A stretch of 63,144 nt of DNA, filler included, from Octopus bimaculoides (taxonomy: Eukaryota): NCBI RefSeq assembly GCF_001194135.2. It is 8 parts of 6 records of this genome, joined end to end, with 100 filler letters (N's around TTAATTAATTAA, not from the genome) between each part and the next. Parts side by side here need not be neighbours in the genome. Positions count along the whole stretch, not along the records: positions 21,798 to 28,812 come from NC_068992.1; positions 28,913 to 39,144 come from NC_069004.1; 6 more parts are not named here. One strand, 5' to 3'. Position 1 is the stretch's first letter. Each line of letters opens with the position of its first letter. Shown piece by piece: positions 25,640 through 38,895 of the stretch. A model generated the notes under the pieces. It was not told where the DNA came from. It did not search any database and worked only from the letters and a program-made list of their open reading frames with translations. The position numbers and the translations under genes were made by a program.

Positions 25640-28541
25640 TAACAATAACTCTCTATTTACCTCTCAATTCCAGTTGCCCTCTCCCACCCCAACTCTCTCT
25701 CTCTCTCTATCTATCTATCTCTCTCTCTCTCTATATATATATATATGTATGTATATATATATATATACACACATATATNNNNNNNNNNNNNNNNNNNNNN
25801 NNNNNNNNNNNNNNNNNNNNNNNNNNNNNNNNNNNNNNNNNNNNNNNNNNNNNNNNNNNNNNNNNNNNNNNNNNNNNNNNNNNNNNNNNNNNNNNNNNNN
25901 NNNNNNNNNNNNNNNNNNNNNNNNNNNNNNNNNNNNNNNNNNNNNNNNNNNNNNNNNNNNNNNNNNNNNNNNNNNNNNNNNNNNNNNNNNNNNNNNNNNN
26001 NNNNNNNNNNNNNNNNNNNNNNNNNNNNNNNNNNNNNNNNNNNNNNNNNNNNNNNNNNNNNNNNNNNNNNNNNNNNNNNNNNNNNNNNNNNNNNNNNNNN
26101 NNNNNNNNNNNATATATATATATATATAATGTAGGGGTATGTGTCTTTCATTGTAAGCATCTACATATTCCGTGGTGTGCTGTAATTTAAAACAGATACA
26201 CTTTCAGATCTAAAACACTCTATGAACTTACGAACAATCGTATCACTGCACAGCTCTCCTCATTGTTTTCTAAAAACATTTTACTGAAGGCTGTGGGTGG
26301 TTGAGCTTTTGTGTATCAGGAAACAATGTCAAATCTTTAAATCTCATAATGTAAAAGATTTTCAATTTCATTGATGAATGCAAATTATCCAGGTGAAGAT
26401 ACGAACGAAACAGACCCTGTTGCGTAAATGTCAGCACTAATTTGAACTTTCAACGTAACCATTGTATATTTAAGCAGTCAATAATTCACCTATATTCGCA
26501 AGACTGTTAATTATTTTGAATTGAAATGAAACCTTAAAATCAAAGAAGAGAAAAGAAAAATCTACCACATTTATAACTCAAATATCGTTTCTCTTGACAG
26601 TAACCTAGACGTCGAAATGGTCAGTAATGGAAACAAGTAATGTATGTCGTTTGGTATAAAGAATATATAAATTTTTTCCAAGTATTTGTACCATAGTCGG
26701 TACGAAAATCCGATATCATTAAAGTCACATATTGATATCATTAACACATTCAGAAGTCACATGTTTACATTAAAAGATAATAAAAATGAAGTAAAATTTA
26801 TTCTGCACATGAATTAGTGTCCGTGGGAGTTTGTTCTGCGCATTAGATGTTACAGGCGATGTAATAAACAGTGTACATTCTTGATATGTTCTCCCGTCGG
26901 TTCAACAGCTGTATTAAACTGACAAATCTAAATGTACCACCAAATTAAGAAAGGAAATATTGATTATGTTCTTATTCAAGTAAAAATTCCCCAGAGGTAG
27001 GGGAACGAATATCGAAACGAAATTAAAACCAACAAAACGAAACAAAGCATATATTGATAGTAAATTATGTTTGAAATTGGTATTAGCACGAGCTGTGAAA
27101 ATAGCGGCTAACACACCCTCAAATCATATTTCACGATGTAAGATAAGATGAAGTCATAGTGTAGTGTATAGATTTTCCCTAAAAAGAATCCAATATAAAT
27201 ATGACCGGAATGCATTTGACCAAAGATCACCGTCATTACGACTGACCTGTTTTTGCTAATTAACAACGAAAACGGCCATTACCACGTTAACTGCTAGAAA
27301 TAATCGCTAAATATCTACAAAAGTAGACCATGCGCGCTTTTGAAAATGGAAGGACATGTTGAATAACAGTTTTGAATAACAATATGCAGGAAATAATGAA
27401 AAATGAAAAGTGATGGAACTGTTATGATTAATATGCTTCTGAAGAAAAGCAGCTATAAAAAGTTACAGTTCGTCCAAATTAACATTACTTAATATTTGTT
27501 TAATTTCTGTTAGACAAAAATCTATTCAATATGACAATATTTATATAAAGTGAGAAATAGATATCATGAGTATATCTCTCTGTAGTTGACAAGAATTAAC
27601 TTTGACCTTTGGTAAATATGCTTATCTTCTGTTTCCCTTTCTCTCACCTCTCACTATCTCTATCTCTATCTAGCTATCTAGCTATCTAGCTATCCATCTA
27701 TGGATTGCACACAAGGTGATCCACACGTGACATTGTGCTGAGCTGATTCTGTGTAACAATTGCGAGATAACATTACACATATCCCAGGTATATTCAACCG
27801 CTTACACTAGCAGAAATTCAGTCTAGTATCTGGATACTCCTCGTCGACAAACACGGATGGTGCACCATATCTTAGAAAGAGGAAGATTACACCAAATAAT
27901 ATATTCGCGCTACCTAGGAAAACAAATATCGGACGCTTATGGATTGAATAATTTTGGACAATAAATATACGGATGAATGATGAATTATGGGTAAAGCGCA
28001 ATACCAACATCGAAGTAGCAACAACAGCAATAACAGTGGAAACAACATCACAATCAATGATTATGGCACAATGTTTTGACTTTAAATTCATGAGTAGATA
28101 TCGTGATAATCTAGAAACTTCGAAATCATCGTCGACAACGTTGAAGGATAAAGCATTGTCTTAGAAAAAAGAAGATATCACGAAGTGATATATTCATGGA
28201 TGGACTTCAAAAACAAAAGAAACACGGGATGCTCGAGGACAGATTGACTTTGATCATAAATCTACTCGATCAATGATGACCTGTGGTTAAACAATAATAA
28301 GAAGAATAACAAAGACAACAAAATAACAAAAACAAGAACAGCAATGGCAGAAGCTATGCCACCACAAACAACGAGGACAGCATAATGTTGAGATATCCTT
28401 TTCGATTTGCACAGAAACGAGTATAAAATGTCAAGTTAAAAGAGGGGTATAAATTCCAGAAAAAAATGTGAGGCTTGGAGTGAAATGCGAATTTGCAGAT
28501 TATATAATCAAATTAATCACATCTCTCTCTTCCTCTCCTTT

Positions 28542-28572
<31 letters not shown>

Positions 28573-28763
28573 CTCTATTTCTTTCTGCCTTTCTTTCTTT
28601 AAGATTTCTTTCTTTATTTCATTCTTTCTTTCTTTCTCTCTCTCTGTAACTTTCTCAGCTTCTCTTTCTCTCACTCCCTCTTTGTCTATCTATCTATCTA
28701 TCTATCTGTGTGTCTGTCTGTCTATCTGTCTCTCTATTTGTCTGTTTCCTTGTGTATTTGTCA

Positions 28764-28812
<49 letters not shown>

Positions 28813-29709
28813 NNNNNNNNNNNNNNNNNNNNNNNNNNNNNNNNNNNNNNNNNNNNTTAATTAATTAANNNNNNNNNNNNNNNNNNNNNNNNNNNNNNNN
28901 NNNNNNNNNNNNACAGAAAGAATATGGAGACAAGGAGAAAAACACGGAGAAAAAAAATTGATATGTATATATGTATGTATATATGCATGCATTTATATCT
29001 ATGTATATATGTGTATACACACACGTATGTATGTATATTACAAACTTCGGCACCATTTCCATCTACCAAAATTTCCTTCACAAGTTATCAGTAAACCTGA
29101 GGTGATGATAGAAGACATTTAGCAAAAATGCTGCATTGTGATACTGAACCCAGAACCAACATAGTTGCAAAGCAAACCATCTAACCAGTGAGCTTTGCCT
29201 GCATCCACTTATAACCTCCACATTCAAATATTTAAGTATAAATGTAAATATTAGAATTACAGCTTGAAGTCATTTTGGAATCAACAATCAACCCCTGTAA
29301 TCAAATGCTTTATTTGAATGAAAATATATTAAACATTTTAAAATACAGTTCAGTCATGTCACGAGATGATATGTTAATTATTTTTAGGCAGTATCCTGGT
29401 AGGAAATATTGGTGATGAAAATTTGACTTAAGTGAAAGTGTTTTATGTTAACATCCTGGTATGATTTTCAAGAGAAATGTGATGCAGTATTACAAGTGAT
29501 ACGTAATGAAAATTCTGACCAATCACAATTGCAGTTCGTCTAATAGACAGAGAAAAGTGAAAAAGAAAGTCAACAAGGAAATGTTAAGTATTTCAAAACA
29601 TTTCTGGTAAAATGGTTATTGTAGTGGTTCCTTTTGTAAAATGATTATAGTAACAATAGTTCCTTCAACAACAATAATAAAGATTTCAATAATAATAATG
29701 ATTTCGAGG

Positions 29710-30125
29710 AAGGGGATAAGTTAATTACATCGACCCCAGTACTCAACTGGTACTTGCTTTATTACTCCTGAAAGTCAACCTCAGAGGAGTTTGAACTCAC
29801 ATTGTGAAGGCATTTGAGATGCCAGTAAGCATTTCATTTGGCATGTTAATGGCTCTGCTAGCTTGCCACTTTTTCAACAACAATAACAATGATGATATTT
29901 TTTTCCTATTTTGGCACAAGGTCAGCAATTTTGAGAGGTGGGGAAGTTAATTATATTGACCCCCTCCCCCCCAATGCTCAACTTGTATTTATTTTATTGA
30001 CTCTGAAAGGATGAGAGGCAAAGTCAACCTCAATGGAATTTGAACTCAGAGCATAATGATGGATGAAATATTGCTTAGCATTTTACCCGGTATGCTAAAG
30101 ACTTTGCCAGCTCACTGCATTAACA

Positions 30126-30161
<36 letters not shown>

Positions 30162-31246
30162 TTAATATTAATTTCAAATTTTGGTACAAGGCCGGCAATT
30201 CTGTGAGTGGAGGTAAGTCAATTACATTGAACCCAGTGCTCAGCTGGTACTTATTTTATCGACCCCAGTGTTCAGCTGGTACTTATTTTATTAACGCCAG
30301 TGCTCAACTGGTACTTATTTTATTAACCCCAGTGTTCAACTGGTACTTATTTTATTAACCCCAGTGTTCAGCTGGTACTTATTTTATTAACCCCAGTATT
30401 CTGCCGGTACTTATTTTATTGACCCAGTATTCTGTCGGTACTTATTTTATTAACCCCAGTGTTCAACTGGTACTTATTTTATTAGCCCCAGTGTTCAACT
30501 GGTACTTATTTTATTAACCCCAGTGTTCAACTGGTACTTATTTTATTAACCCCAGTGTTCAACTGGTACTTATTTTATTAACCCCAGTGTTCAACTGGTA
30601 CTTATTTTATTAACCCCAGTGTNNNNNNNNNNNNNNNNNNNNNNNNNNNNNNNNNNNNNNNNNNNNNNNNNNNNNNNNNNNNNNNNNNNNNNNNNNNNNN
30701 NNNNNNNNNNNNNNNNNNNNNNNNNNNNNNNNNNNNNNNNNNNNNNNNNNNNNNNNNNNNNNNNNNNNNNNNNNNNNNNNNNNNNNNNNNNNNNNNNNNN
30801 NNNNNNNNNNNNNNNNNNNNNNNNNNNNNNNNNNNNNNNNNNNNNNNNNNNNNNNNNNNNNNNNNNNNNNNNNNNNNNNNNNNNNNNNNNNNNNNNNNNN
30901 NNNNNNNNNNNNNNNNNNNNNNNTATTTTATTAACCCCAGTGTTCAACTGGTACTTATTTTATTAACCCCAGTGTTCAACTGGTACTTATTTTATTAACC
31001 CCAGTGTTCAACTGGTACTTATTTTATTAACCCCAGTGTTCAACTGGTACTTATTTTATTAATCCCAGTGTTCAACTGGTACTTATTTTATTAACCCCAG
31101 TGTTCAACTGGTACTTATTTAATTGATCCGAAAATGAATGAAAGACAAAGTTAAACGCTGCAGAATTTGAACTCAGCACATAGAGACATATGAAATACTA
31201 CTAAGTATTTTACCCAGCATGCTAACAATTCTGCCTGCTTGCCACC

Positions 31247-31300
<54 letters not shown>

Positions 31301-31740
31301 TTGATAATTCTTTTCTACTAAAGGCACAAGGCCTGAAATTTGGTGGGCAAGGGACTGGTCAGTTACATTGACCCCAGTGTTTCACTGGCACTTAATTCAT
31401 CGACCTCGAAAGGATGAAATGCAAAGTCGACCATGGTGGAATTTGAACTCAGAATGTAAGGATGGATGAAATGCCACTAAGTGTTTCACCTGGCATGCTA
31501 ATGATTCTGCTGGTTTGCTACCTTAAGCAATAATAATAACAATAATAATAATAATAATAATGTTAATAATTCTTTAATTTTGGCACAAGGCCAGTAATTT
31601 TTAAGGAAGGGAATATGTCAGTTTACTTTATTTCATTATAAATGAAAGGCTGAAAGGCAAAACTGACCTCAGCAATCTTTGAACACAGAACGTGAAGAGC
31701 CAAAACAAATGCCACTAAACATTTTGACCGGCGTGCGAAT
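29710..31740 (-). mobile_element. Head-to-tail cluster of about 5 CpG-decayed family A SINEs
   Basis: Copies at about 29710, 29915, 30180-31250, 31320 and 31580, separated by (AAT)n. Confidence 0.85.
30231..31117. repeat. 32-bp tandem array amplified from inside a family A SINE
   Basis: Unit ccccagtgttcaactggtacttattttattaa; about 12 copies before and about 6 after a 301-N gap. Confidence 0.95.
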
Positions 31741-32375
31741 TATTTTTTTGACACACTCTGTTATTAATAATTAGAACAATAAAAATTTATTGGCCATAGG
31801 AGCTCATTGCATTCAATACAAAATTTATTTAAAAATTGCTGTAAAGTAGTCTTTTGCCACTGTTGTGTGTGTTTTTTGATGACAGTTGTCACTCTGACAG
31901 ATGTTGTTATATTCCAAAGTCATCGATAAGAATGGTTCTATCTGACACTGTATGCCCCATCAGTCATACAGTGTTATTATTCTCAAAAGGTTTGATCCTT
32001 ATAATGCCCACTCAGCATCACAATATAATTACTGTATCAGCACAGACACGACTATCAACACAGTCTAAACATACTCTTGACCTCTTGACTTTCTTTCTGT
32101 CAACTGGCTACTGGTCTATTTATAATGGCTGGCTACTATCACTTTTTACCAGGAGGGGTGTACAGTTTCACTATACAACAAAAATATGGCAGGATGTGAA
32201 TGCATACATGTGTGTATGTATATATGCATGCATAGATACAATTACAACCAAATCCTTTTATTTCATTGATTTACAATAGTTACCTCAACAATCAATCTCG
32301 TGATCATTACTACATTATTATGCCAGGCCTGGTGCTATAAAAAGAAAACTGCAACACATATCAATTTGACATTTA

Positions 32376-33200
32376 ATTTCCTTCAAAGCAGTCTCCTTCT
32401 GAAACCACACACTTTATCCAGCATTGTCTCCATCGATGGAAATCCTTTTTTAGGATAACAAGCAGCTGCCTCATCCCATGGATTGGCAACTGGATGAGGC
32501 AGCCAATCTTGGATTTTCTTGATGTTTTGAAATTTTGTTCCTTTCTAGTGGGATTTGATTTTTGGAAAAGGAACAAGATCTGGAGAATATGGTGGTTGTC
32601 GGACCTGGAGAATGCTGTGCTTGGCCAAAACCTGCTGTACAAGCTGTGCTGAATGGGCTGGTGTGATGTTATGGTGGAGTTGCCACTCACTGGATGCATT
32701 CATTTCTGTCCTTTTCTGATGAACAGCAGCCTGCAAACACTACATGTCATAGTAGTACTCCTTGTTTACTGCCTGACCAGGTGGAGTATATTTATCATGA
32801 ACAATGCCTTTGTAATTGAAGAAGACCATTATCAGTATCTTCTTACTGCTTCAACCCATTCCTGCTTTCTCCAGTCTCAGAGAGTTTGGGATCTTCCACT
32901 GTGAAGACTGAGTCTTAGGTTTGGGGTCATAGCCATAGGCCCATGATTCATCACCTGTTATGACCGTTTTCAAAAAAGTTTTCATCTTCTTCCACACAAT
33001 CGAGGAGATCCTGTGTAGCTGAAACCCAGTCTTATTCTTGGTCAACCGAAAGCAGTTTTGTCACAAACTTGGCAGACGCACATTGCATACCCAAATCTAC
33101 AGTGCAAATGAACTGAACTGAACCATAACTGATGTTCACATTCTCTGACAATTCATGCATGGTGACTTGATGGTCTTTTTGAACGGCTGCATGCATATCT
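32376..33200 (-). pseudogene. Decayed mariner (DD34D) transposase
   Basis: ITGDESWAYGYDP, WQLHHNITPAH (for HHDNAPAH), PPYSPDL and EGDCFEGN motifs across several frames, with stops. Confidence 0.9.
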
Positions 33201-33325
33201 ACAGTGTTTCCATCAGTTCTGCTGGTTTTATATATATATAAAACCAGCAGGTTTTATATATAAGGTACTGCCCCAGCATGGCCACAGTCAAATGACTGAA
33301 ACAAGTAAAAGACCGACGACAAAAG

Positions 33326-33368
<43 letters not shown>

Positions 33369-33441
33369 CACACAAACACACACACACACACTGTGTAATA
33401 TATTATATAAAGAATATATCCAATGTTTATTTTAATGTCAG

Positions 33442-33545
33442 GTTAATGGTATATTTAAACTCCTAAATGACTCTGTTAGAGAGAGTAGAAGCCATGTTGG
33501 TGTCATTATCAACAGAATTGAAGCTACTCACAGCAGAAACTCTTG
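33442..33545 (+). CDS. Unconventional myosin (Dachs-like) motor-domain exon: VNGIFKLLNDSVRESRSHVGVIINRIEATHSRNS
   Basis: Acceptor ttttaatgtcAG, donor TTG|GTAAGT; matches the myosin G(I/L)xxLLxE/D segment; ends in phase 2 and joins the 35208 exon in frame (TG+C = Cys). Confidence 0.7.
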
Positions 33546-33749
33546 GTAAGTCTCATGCATGCTATTGTTTCATTTTTTATTGTTGTTTGCACTTGTTTAT
33601 ATTGTTGAACTTATTTTTGTTGTATTTTTCAAAACATTTTCCCCACTCTATTATTATTGATTGTGCTCAGCTCCAGATCGGCTCTGATCCAGTAGACATA
33701 CAGAGTAAGCTTTAAAGTAGTTTCCATTGTGTTTGAATAAATAAATATA

Positions 33750-34110
33750 GGACATGCATAGGCTTGAAAAAATTAAAGCTAGTATGCTTCTCTGGAAGTG
33801 CAATGTCAGTGTGCCTGTACGACAAAGTGTAAGCATCTTGAGGGAAAAGTTGGGCATAAAAGTCTTCATTATGTGGTGTGCAAGAGAGACGACTGTACTG
33901 GTATGGTCATGTGATGTGTATGGACAAGGAAAGCACAGCTGTGTAAAGAAGTGCCGATCTCTGATTGTGGAGAGGTGGACCCAGGAAGACATGAGACAAG
34001 GTAGTGAAGTATGATCTTTGAACTTTGGGTCTCACAGAGGTAATGACTAGTGACTTAGACCTTTGGTGATACGCTGTGCTTCAGAAGACCCGTCCAAGCC
34101 AAGTTAAATC
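33750..34110 (+). mobile_element. RTE-clade LINE ORF2 3' end, decayed
   Basis: MHRLEKIKASMLLWKCNVS...SILREKLGI...RL.WYGHVM..CVKKC fits the RTE C-terminal LRWxGHVxR region; frameshifted. Confidence 0.8.
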
Positions 34111-34669
34111 ATAGTTGTCACCTAACTGGTACCCATGCCAGTGGCATGTAAAAAGCACCTTTTGAGCATTAGGTCTCACAGAGACAAGGTAGTCGATGCC
34201 GGCAGCATCATAATGATGGGTGAAGTAAACCGGATCTGAAAATGAAAAACAAGTGTTTACTTACACACTGAATATTCTACCAGAAACCTTTAAGAAAAAT
34301 AACAATTTTTCAAATTTTTTTTGTCATGCTAAATTTAGATACAACAAACTAAATGTAATTAGTCCTTGGCATTAAGTTATGTTATTGCGTAAAAAAGATT
34401 TTCTTCTTAAGTTATATGATATTCTTTATATTCTACTGTTGTTTTACTGCCATTTATTTATGAGTATTATAAATTTTAAGGGTCAAATATTTTTCTGGGA
34501 ACAAATTACAATTTGTAACTATGAGAAATTATTGCTCTGCTTTACAAGTTTTCATTTTATGAGTTGTCTCTGTCAACCTTACAAAATGACAGAGGACCAA
34601 AATATGCAGTGTATTGATATACTTGAGAAAACTCACCTGTCACAACAGAATTGAGATCTTAAAACCAAG

Positions 34670-34770
34670 ATGCCACATAAAAAGCACTGGTGCTGATGCC
34701 ACTTAAAGCAGTGATGGTGCCACATAAAATGCACCCAGGACACTCTGTGGAGTGGTTGGTATTAGTCTTC
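34670..34770 (+). repeat. RTE 3' UTR-type short tandem repeats
   Basis: Three imperfect copies of (g)atgccacataaaaagcac. Confidence 0.5.
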
Positions 34771-35207
34771 GCTAAGGTGGAAGTAATAATAATAACAACA
34801 ACAACAACATAACAATATCAAGTGCCAATAGTAGGCTTAGCACTATGATTCATCAATACACCTCAGTAATAATTTCAACATGTAACAAAGGGTGCACCAG
34901 ATACATAAGGGGAATTGGAAGTGGGGAGAGGGAGAAGGGAAGGTGCTAATATTAAGGTATGAGCTACTGCTGTGATGATGGTTAGAGCCCATCCCTATTT
35001 AATAAGCACAGTAAGGATTGCATTTATTGTGTAACATCATTTGTTACCAAATACTGAAACATATGTAACATACAAAATAAAAACATACCATTTCAAGCCC
35101 ATGTTCTTTTCTTCTACTTATATACACATATATATTTATTTACTTAATATACATATATATTTATTTATTTACTTAATATATATATTTCCTTCTTGTTTTC
35201 TTTATAG

Positions 35208-35401
35208 CCTAAATATAAACAGCTTATCATCTGCTACTCAGTTTACTATACACCACTATGTCGGCAAAGTTACATACGATGCTTCAACATTTATTGCCAG
35301 AAACAAGAACACCATTTCAGATGACGTGGTCTGGATATTCTCTCAGGAAAACTGTGTATTTGGTTTTGGAACACATTTGTTCTACCAAGAAATTGGAGAT
35401 G
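35208..35401 (+). CDS. dachs: Unconventional myosin, Dachs-like, motor-domain exon: LNINSLSSATQFTIHHYVGKVTYDASTFIARNKNTISDDVVWIFSQENCVFGFGTHLFYQEIGD
   Basis: Acceptor ttcttgttttctttatAG, donor ATG|GTTAGT; FxIxHYxGxVxY myosin motif plus DD...CxFGFxTHLF, which I recall as characteristic of Dachs; myosin assignment is strong, class assignment is from memory. Confidence 0.8.
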
Positions 35402-36020
35402 GTTAGTATTACTTTATTGTTATCATCATCATCATCATCATCATCATCATTATTGTTGTTATTATCACTAGCAGAAAGATTGCTCACCGGGTGCTTTTCT
35501 GCTAGTCACTAAATGACATTTGACTCGCCCATTTGTGCCATCTATTGATATGTTGTGTCTAGTTTTCTTTTGTATCTTTTCTTCACCTCACTCACTAAAT
35601 AACTACAGAAGTGTGCCCTCACCTCACCCCTCTGATTTATTTCCTCACAACTTTCAGAAAAAGGAGTATTTTTTTTTGTCTTGAAATTTTCTATGGATAT
35701 CTTTTACATTAGAATTTAATGTACAAAAGAAAAAAGGCTCAGAAGAAGAAGCTTATATTTCATGCATCTGAGCATTGTTTTCCAATTCATTTTAGTGATG
35801 TAGATTATAATCATGTGGAAAAATAAATAATTCCACTGCCTCCATAACAGTGACTCTCACGTGTATCACATGACATCAGGTCAAGGAGACACAAATATAC
35901 ACACACACTTACATACGTAATGTATATATGTATTCATATATATTTATATTTGTGTGTGTGTATGGATATATATATATATATATATATATACATCTTAGAT
36001 TTGCAGAAAAACTTGTGGTG

Positions 36021-36097
36021 GGTAGTTTAGCTTAATCGGTCTAAGAGCACCGCAACGCGTAATTACGGAGGTGTGAGTTCGAGTCTCATAGCTGGCC
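36021..36097 (+). pseudogene. tRNA-like sequence (tRNA pseudogene or SINE head) followed by T6
   Basis: A-box tagcttaatcgg, B-box gagttcgagtc, T-arm gtgag/ctcat, D-stem gctt/gagc, acceptor 6 of 7 pairs; non-standard anticodon loop; TTTTTT at 36106-36111. Confidence 0.55.
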
Positions 36098-36274
36098 GCC
36101 TACACTTTTTTCTGCAAAATAAGGGTAGTTTATCCTGTTCAGGCTATATTATTAGCATTATCCTGTGTTTAAAAATTTGAAATCTTTAACTTTCTAAGAC
36201 ATCTCAACGGTTCTAAAAGCAAACTTCGTTTGTTTGTTTATGTTTATCGTAATTTGAATTTAATATATATATAT

Positions 36275-36575
36275 AGGCGCAAGAGTGGCTGTGTGGTAAG
36301 TAGCTTGCTTACCAACCACATGGTTCCGGGTTCAGTCCCACTGCGTGGCACTTTGGGCAAATGTCTTCTACTATAGCCTTGGGCCGACCAAAGCCTTGTG
36401 AGTGGATTTGGTAGATGGAAACTGAAAGAAGCCCGTCGTGTATATGTATATATATATATGTATATATGTATGTGTGTGTGTGTTTGTGTGTCTGTGTTTG
36501 TCCCCCCCAACATCGCTTGACAACCGATGGTGGTGTGTTTACGTCCCCGTAACTTAGCAGTTCGGCAAAAAGAGA
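36275..36575 (+). mobile_element. SINE family B (young), runs into a gap
   Basis: ggcgcaagagtggctgtgtggtaagtagcttgcttaccaaccacatggttccgggttcagtcccactgcgtggc... Confidence 0.9.
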
Positions 36576-37353
36576 NNNNNNNNNNNNNNNNNNNNNNNNN
36601 NNNNNNNNNNNNNNNNNNNNNNNNNNNNNNNNNNNNNNNNNNNNNNNNNNNNNNNNNNNNNNNNNNNNNNNNNNNNNNNNNNNNNNNNNNNNNNNNNNNN
36701 NNNNNNNNNNNNNNNNNNNNNNNNNNNNNNNNNNNNNNNNNNNNNNNNNNNNNNNNNNNNNNNNNNNNNNNNNNNNNNNNNNNNNNNNNNNNNNNNNNNN
36801 NNNNNNNNNNNNNNNNNNNNNNNNNNNNNNNNNNNNNATATATAATAGTAAGAATATTTTAATAACACCTAGATGAAGGTGCTTCTTTTTCCACCCACCA
36901 AAATGAGTGGAGTTTTGGCCAGAAGGAATGGATGTCATCATCAGAGAGTATCCAATGGTCATGAGGCATTTCAACCCTGAACTGTGACATCCTCCCATCG
37001 GTGGCGTCCAGCTTAAAATCCTCTTTCTTGCTCCATAACCAACAAGAGGCCATTTCAGGTACCTCTCTCATCCTCTACACAGCCCCCCCCTTCACACCTG
37101 TCCTCTCATCCCAATGGCTTTCAGTGTCGTCCATACCTTTAATTATTATTATTTGAATTTTCTAACTTCTTTAATGGTAATCATAATCATCATCGTCATC
37201 ATCTGACCGTCTGATGATGACAAGCAAGCTAATATTTCAAAGTCAGTATCAAGCTTTGCTTTGTAAAAGTTTAGTAACACTCACACATACTTAGATAAGT
37301 TTCAGCCAGAATTGGCACAGGCCATGGCTAACTAATGATGTTTAATATTACAG

Positions 37354-37600
37354 TCATTCTTTGGGCACCATAGACCATTTGAGTAGAAAGTTATTGTTTG
37401 CAGAGATATATCCAGGTGTTGGTGGTTTGTCTGGAATTTGTTGGAGAAACTGTTTGAATGTTACAAACAGTTTTCTTTTCTTATGTATCTTGGCATGATG
37501 TAAAAGAGAGCAGGGTCCATTGAAGTGAAATAATTCTGTTTTAGCGTGATACAAGCGTGATTTTTCTGAATGACAGTTGACATGGGGACCAAGACTGGGG
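37354..37600 (-). mobile_element. CR1/L2-group LINE ORF2 extreme 3' end, decayed
   Basis: ...FHFNGP...FKQFLQQIPDKPPTPGY...NNNFLLKW resembles the recurrent C-terminus FK..LD.FL..IPD.P..PGY....NS. Confidence 0.55.
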
Positions 37601-37944
37601 GAAATTTTAAAGCTGATGAAAGAAACAAACGAAGGAAACAGGAAAAAAATTTTTAAATCATTGTTTTTGCAATGTAATTTTGAAGTATTTGTGAATAGAG
37701 GAAGTCTGTACTTTAACAACACCAATCTGGAATTTCACCACTTCTTCCCTGCCACACATACTTAAATTATAAAGTAGATCTCTTAAGCATATTAACAATT
37801 ACTTATTCCTCAAAGAAGATATTTTTATTTTGCTTCTTTTTCATTTCATTTTTTGTTCTTCCTAATTTGATTTCTACAGGTATTATCAAATATCTCTCAA
37901 CTAGAATTCAAATTTATTAACCTGATAAATATACAAACATACCA

Positions 37945-38200
37945 AGTTAGTGGTCGCAGTGTTGGCACTTCCAATTGCATGATTGTGGTTTCAATTCCTG
38001 GACTGTGGGACACATTGTGTTTTTTAACAAAACACTTCATTTCACATTGCTCCAGTCCACTCACCTGTAAATGAATAGCAGTGTGATGGACTGGTACCCT
38101 GTTCAGGGGCTTACCTAGCCAGTTGGGCTGCAGCATTCAAAAGCTAAATCAATGCAAGGAAGCCCATTGTGATAAGTGATGTATACCAACTTGCGATAAT
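37945..38200 (+). mobile_element. SINE family C, CpG-decayed
   Basis: ggtttcaattcctggactg...catttcacattgctccagtccactcacctgtaaatg...gatggactggtaccctgttcaggg. Confidence 0.7.
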
Positions 38201-38212
38201 CTTGATGATACA

Positions 38213-38326
<114 letters not shown>

Positions 38327-38662
38327 CTCTCTTTTAAACTGTATTAAGTACATTAGGGAACTCTGTTTCTCCTTGACCATTTCATTAAAATCATCAAATG
38401 CATGTGTGCATGTATATCATCATCATCATCACCATTATCCTCCTCCTCCTCATTATTATTATCGTTTTAATGTTCATATTTCCATACTTGTGTGGGTCAG
38501 ATGGAATTCAATGGGCAGCATTTCCACACCTGAATGCACATCCTGCTGCCAACCCTCGCCTACCCATACTTAGACACAAAATATCTCTTGAACTATGTTC
38601 TAACAGTCAAGAAGCTATTAACTGGTTCAATAGCATTCAAAATTAGGATAAATATGGCTGGC

Positions 38663-38895
38663 ACTCTCATCTTAATTAAATAATGATTTTAAAACACCAA
38701 TGATCCACCTCTCACTGCTAATTACTTCATTTCTTATCATCTCTATATATATCAAACCACACTGACCACCTGGTTAGGTAATTTAAAAGTAAAAACCATG
38801 GTTTAATATATATAGAGATGATAAGAAATGGAGCAATTAACAGTGAGAGGTGGATCATTGGTGTTTTAAAGTCGTTATTTAATTAAGATGAGAGT
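38663..38895. repeat. Foldback/MITE with ~97-bp inverted arms
   Basis: actctcatcttaattaaataa...tatatcaaacca, a ~37-bp spacer, then tggtttaatatata...ttatttaattaagatgagagt. Confidence 0.9.

Noticed and set aside
26872-26950. VYILDMFSRRFNS resembling myosin switch II (ILDMFGFE)
   Set aside because: Two stops immediately upstream, no polypyrimidine acceptor, GFE missing, stop soon after
30231-31117. CRISPR-like appearance of the 32-bp array
   Set aside because: No unique spacers, no cas genes, and the unit is a piece of the surrounding SINE in a eukaryotic genome
31854-32279. 141-aa plus-strand ORF
   Set aside because: No recognisable motif or splice signals; the opposite strand looks like heavily decayed mariner-like sequence
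34590-34654. EDQNMQCIDILEK resembling the myosin DNxxCIDLIEK motif
   Set aside because: Lies downstream of the exon it should precede and has no convincing splice sites; probably chance
37880-37920. Strong plus-strand acceptor (ttgatttctacAG) as the next myosin exon
   Set aside because: The required phase-1 frame stops after 13 codons with no donor and no myosin similarity
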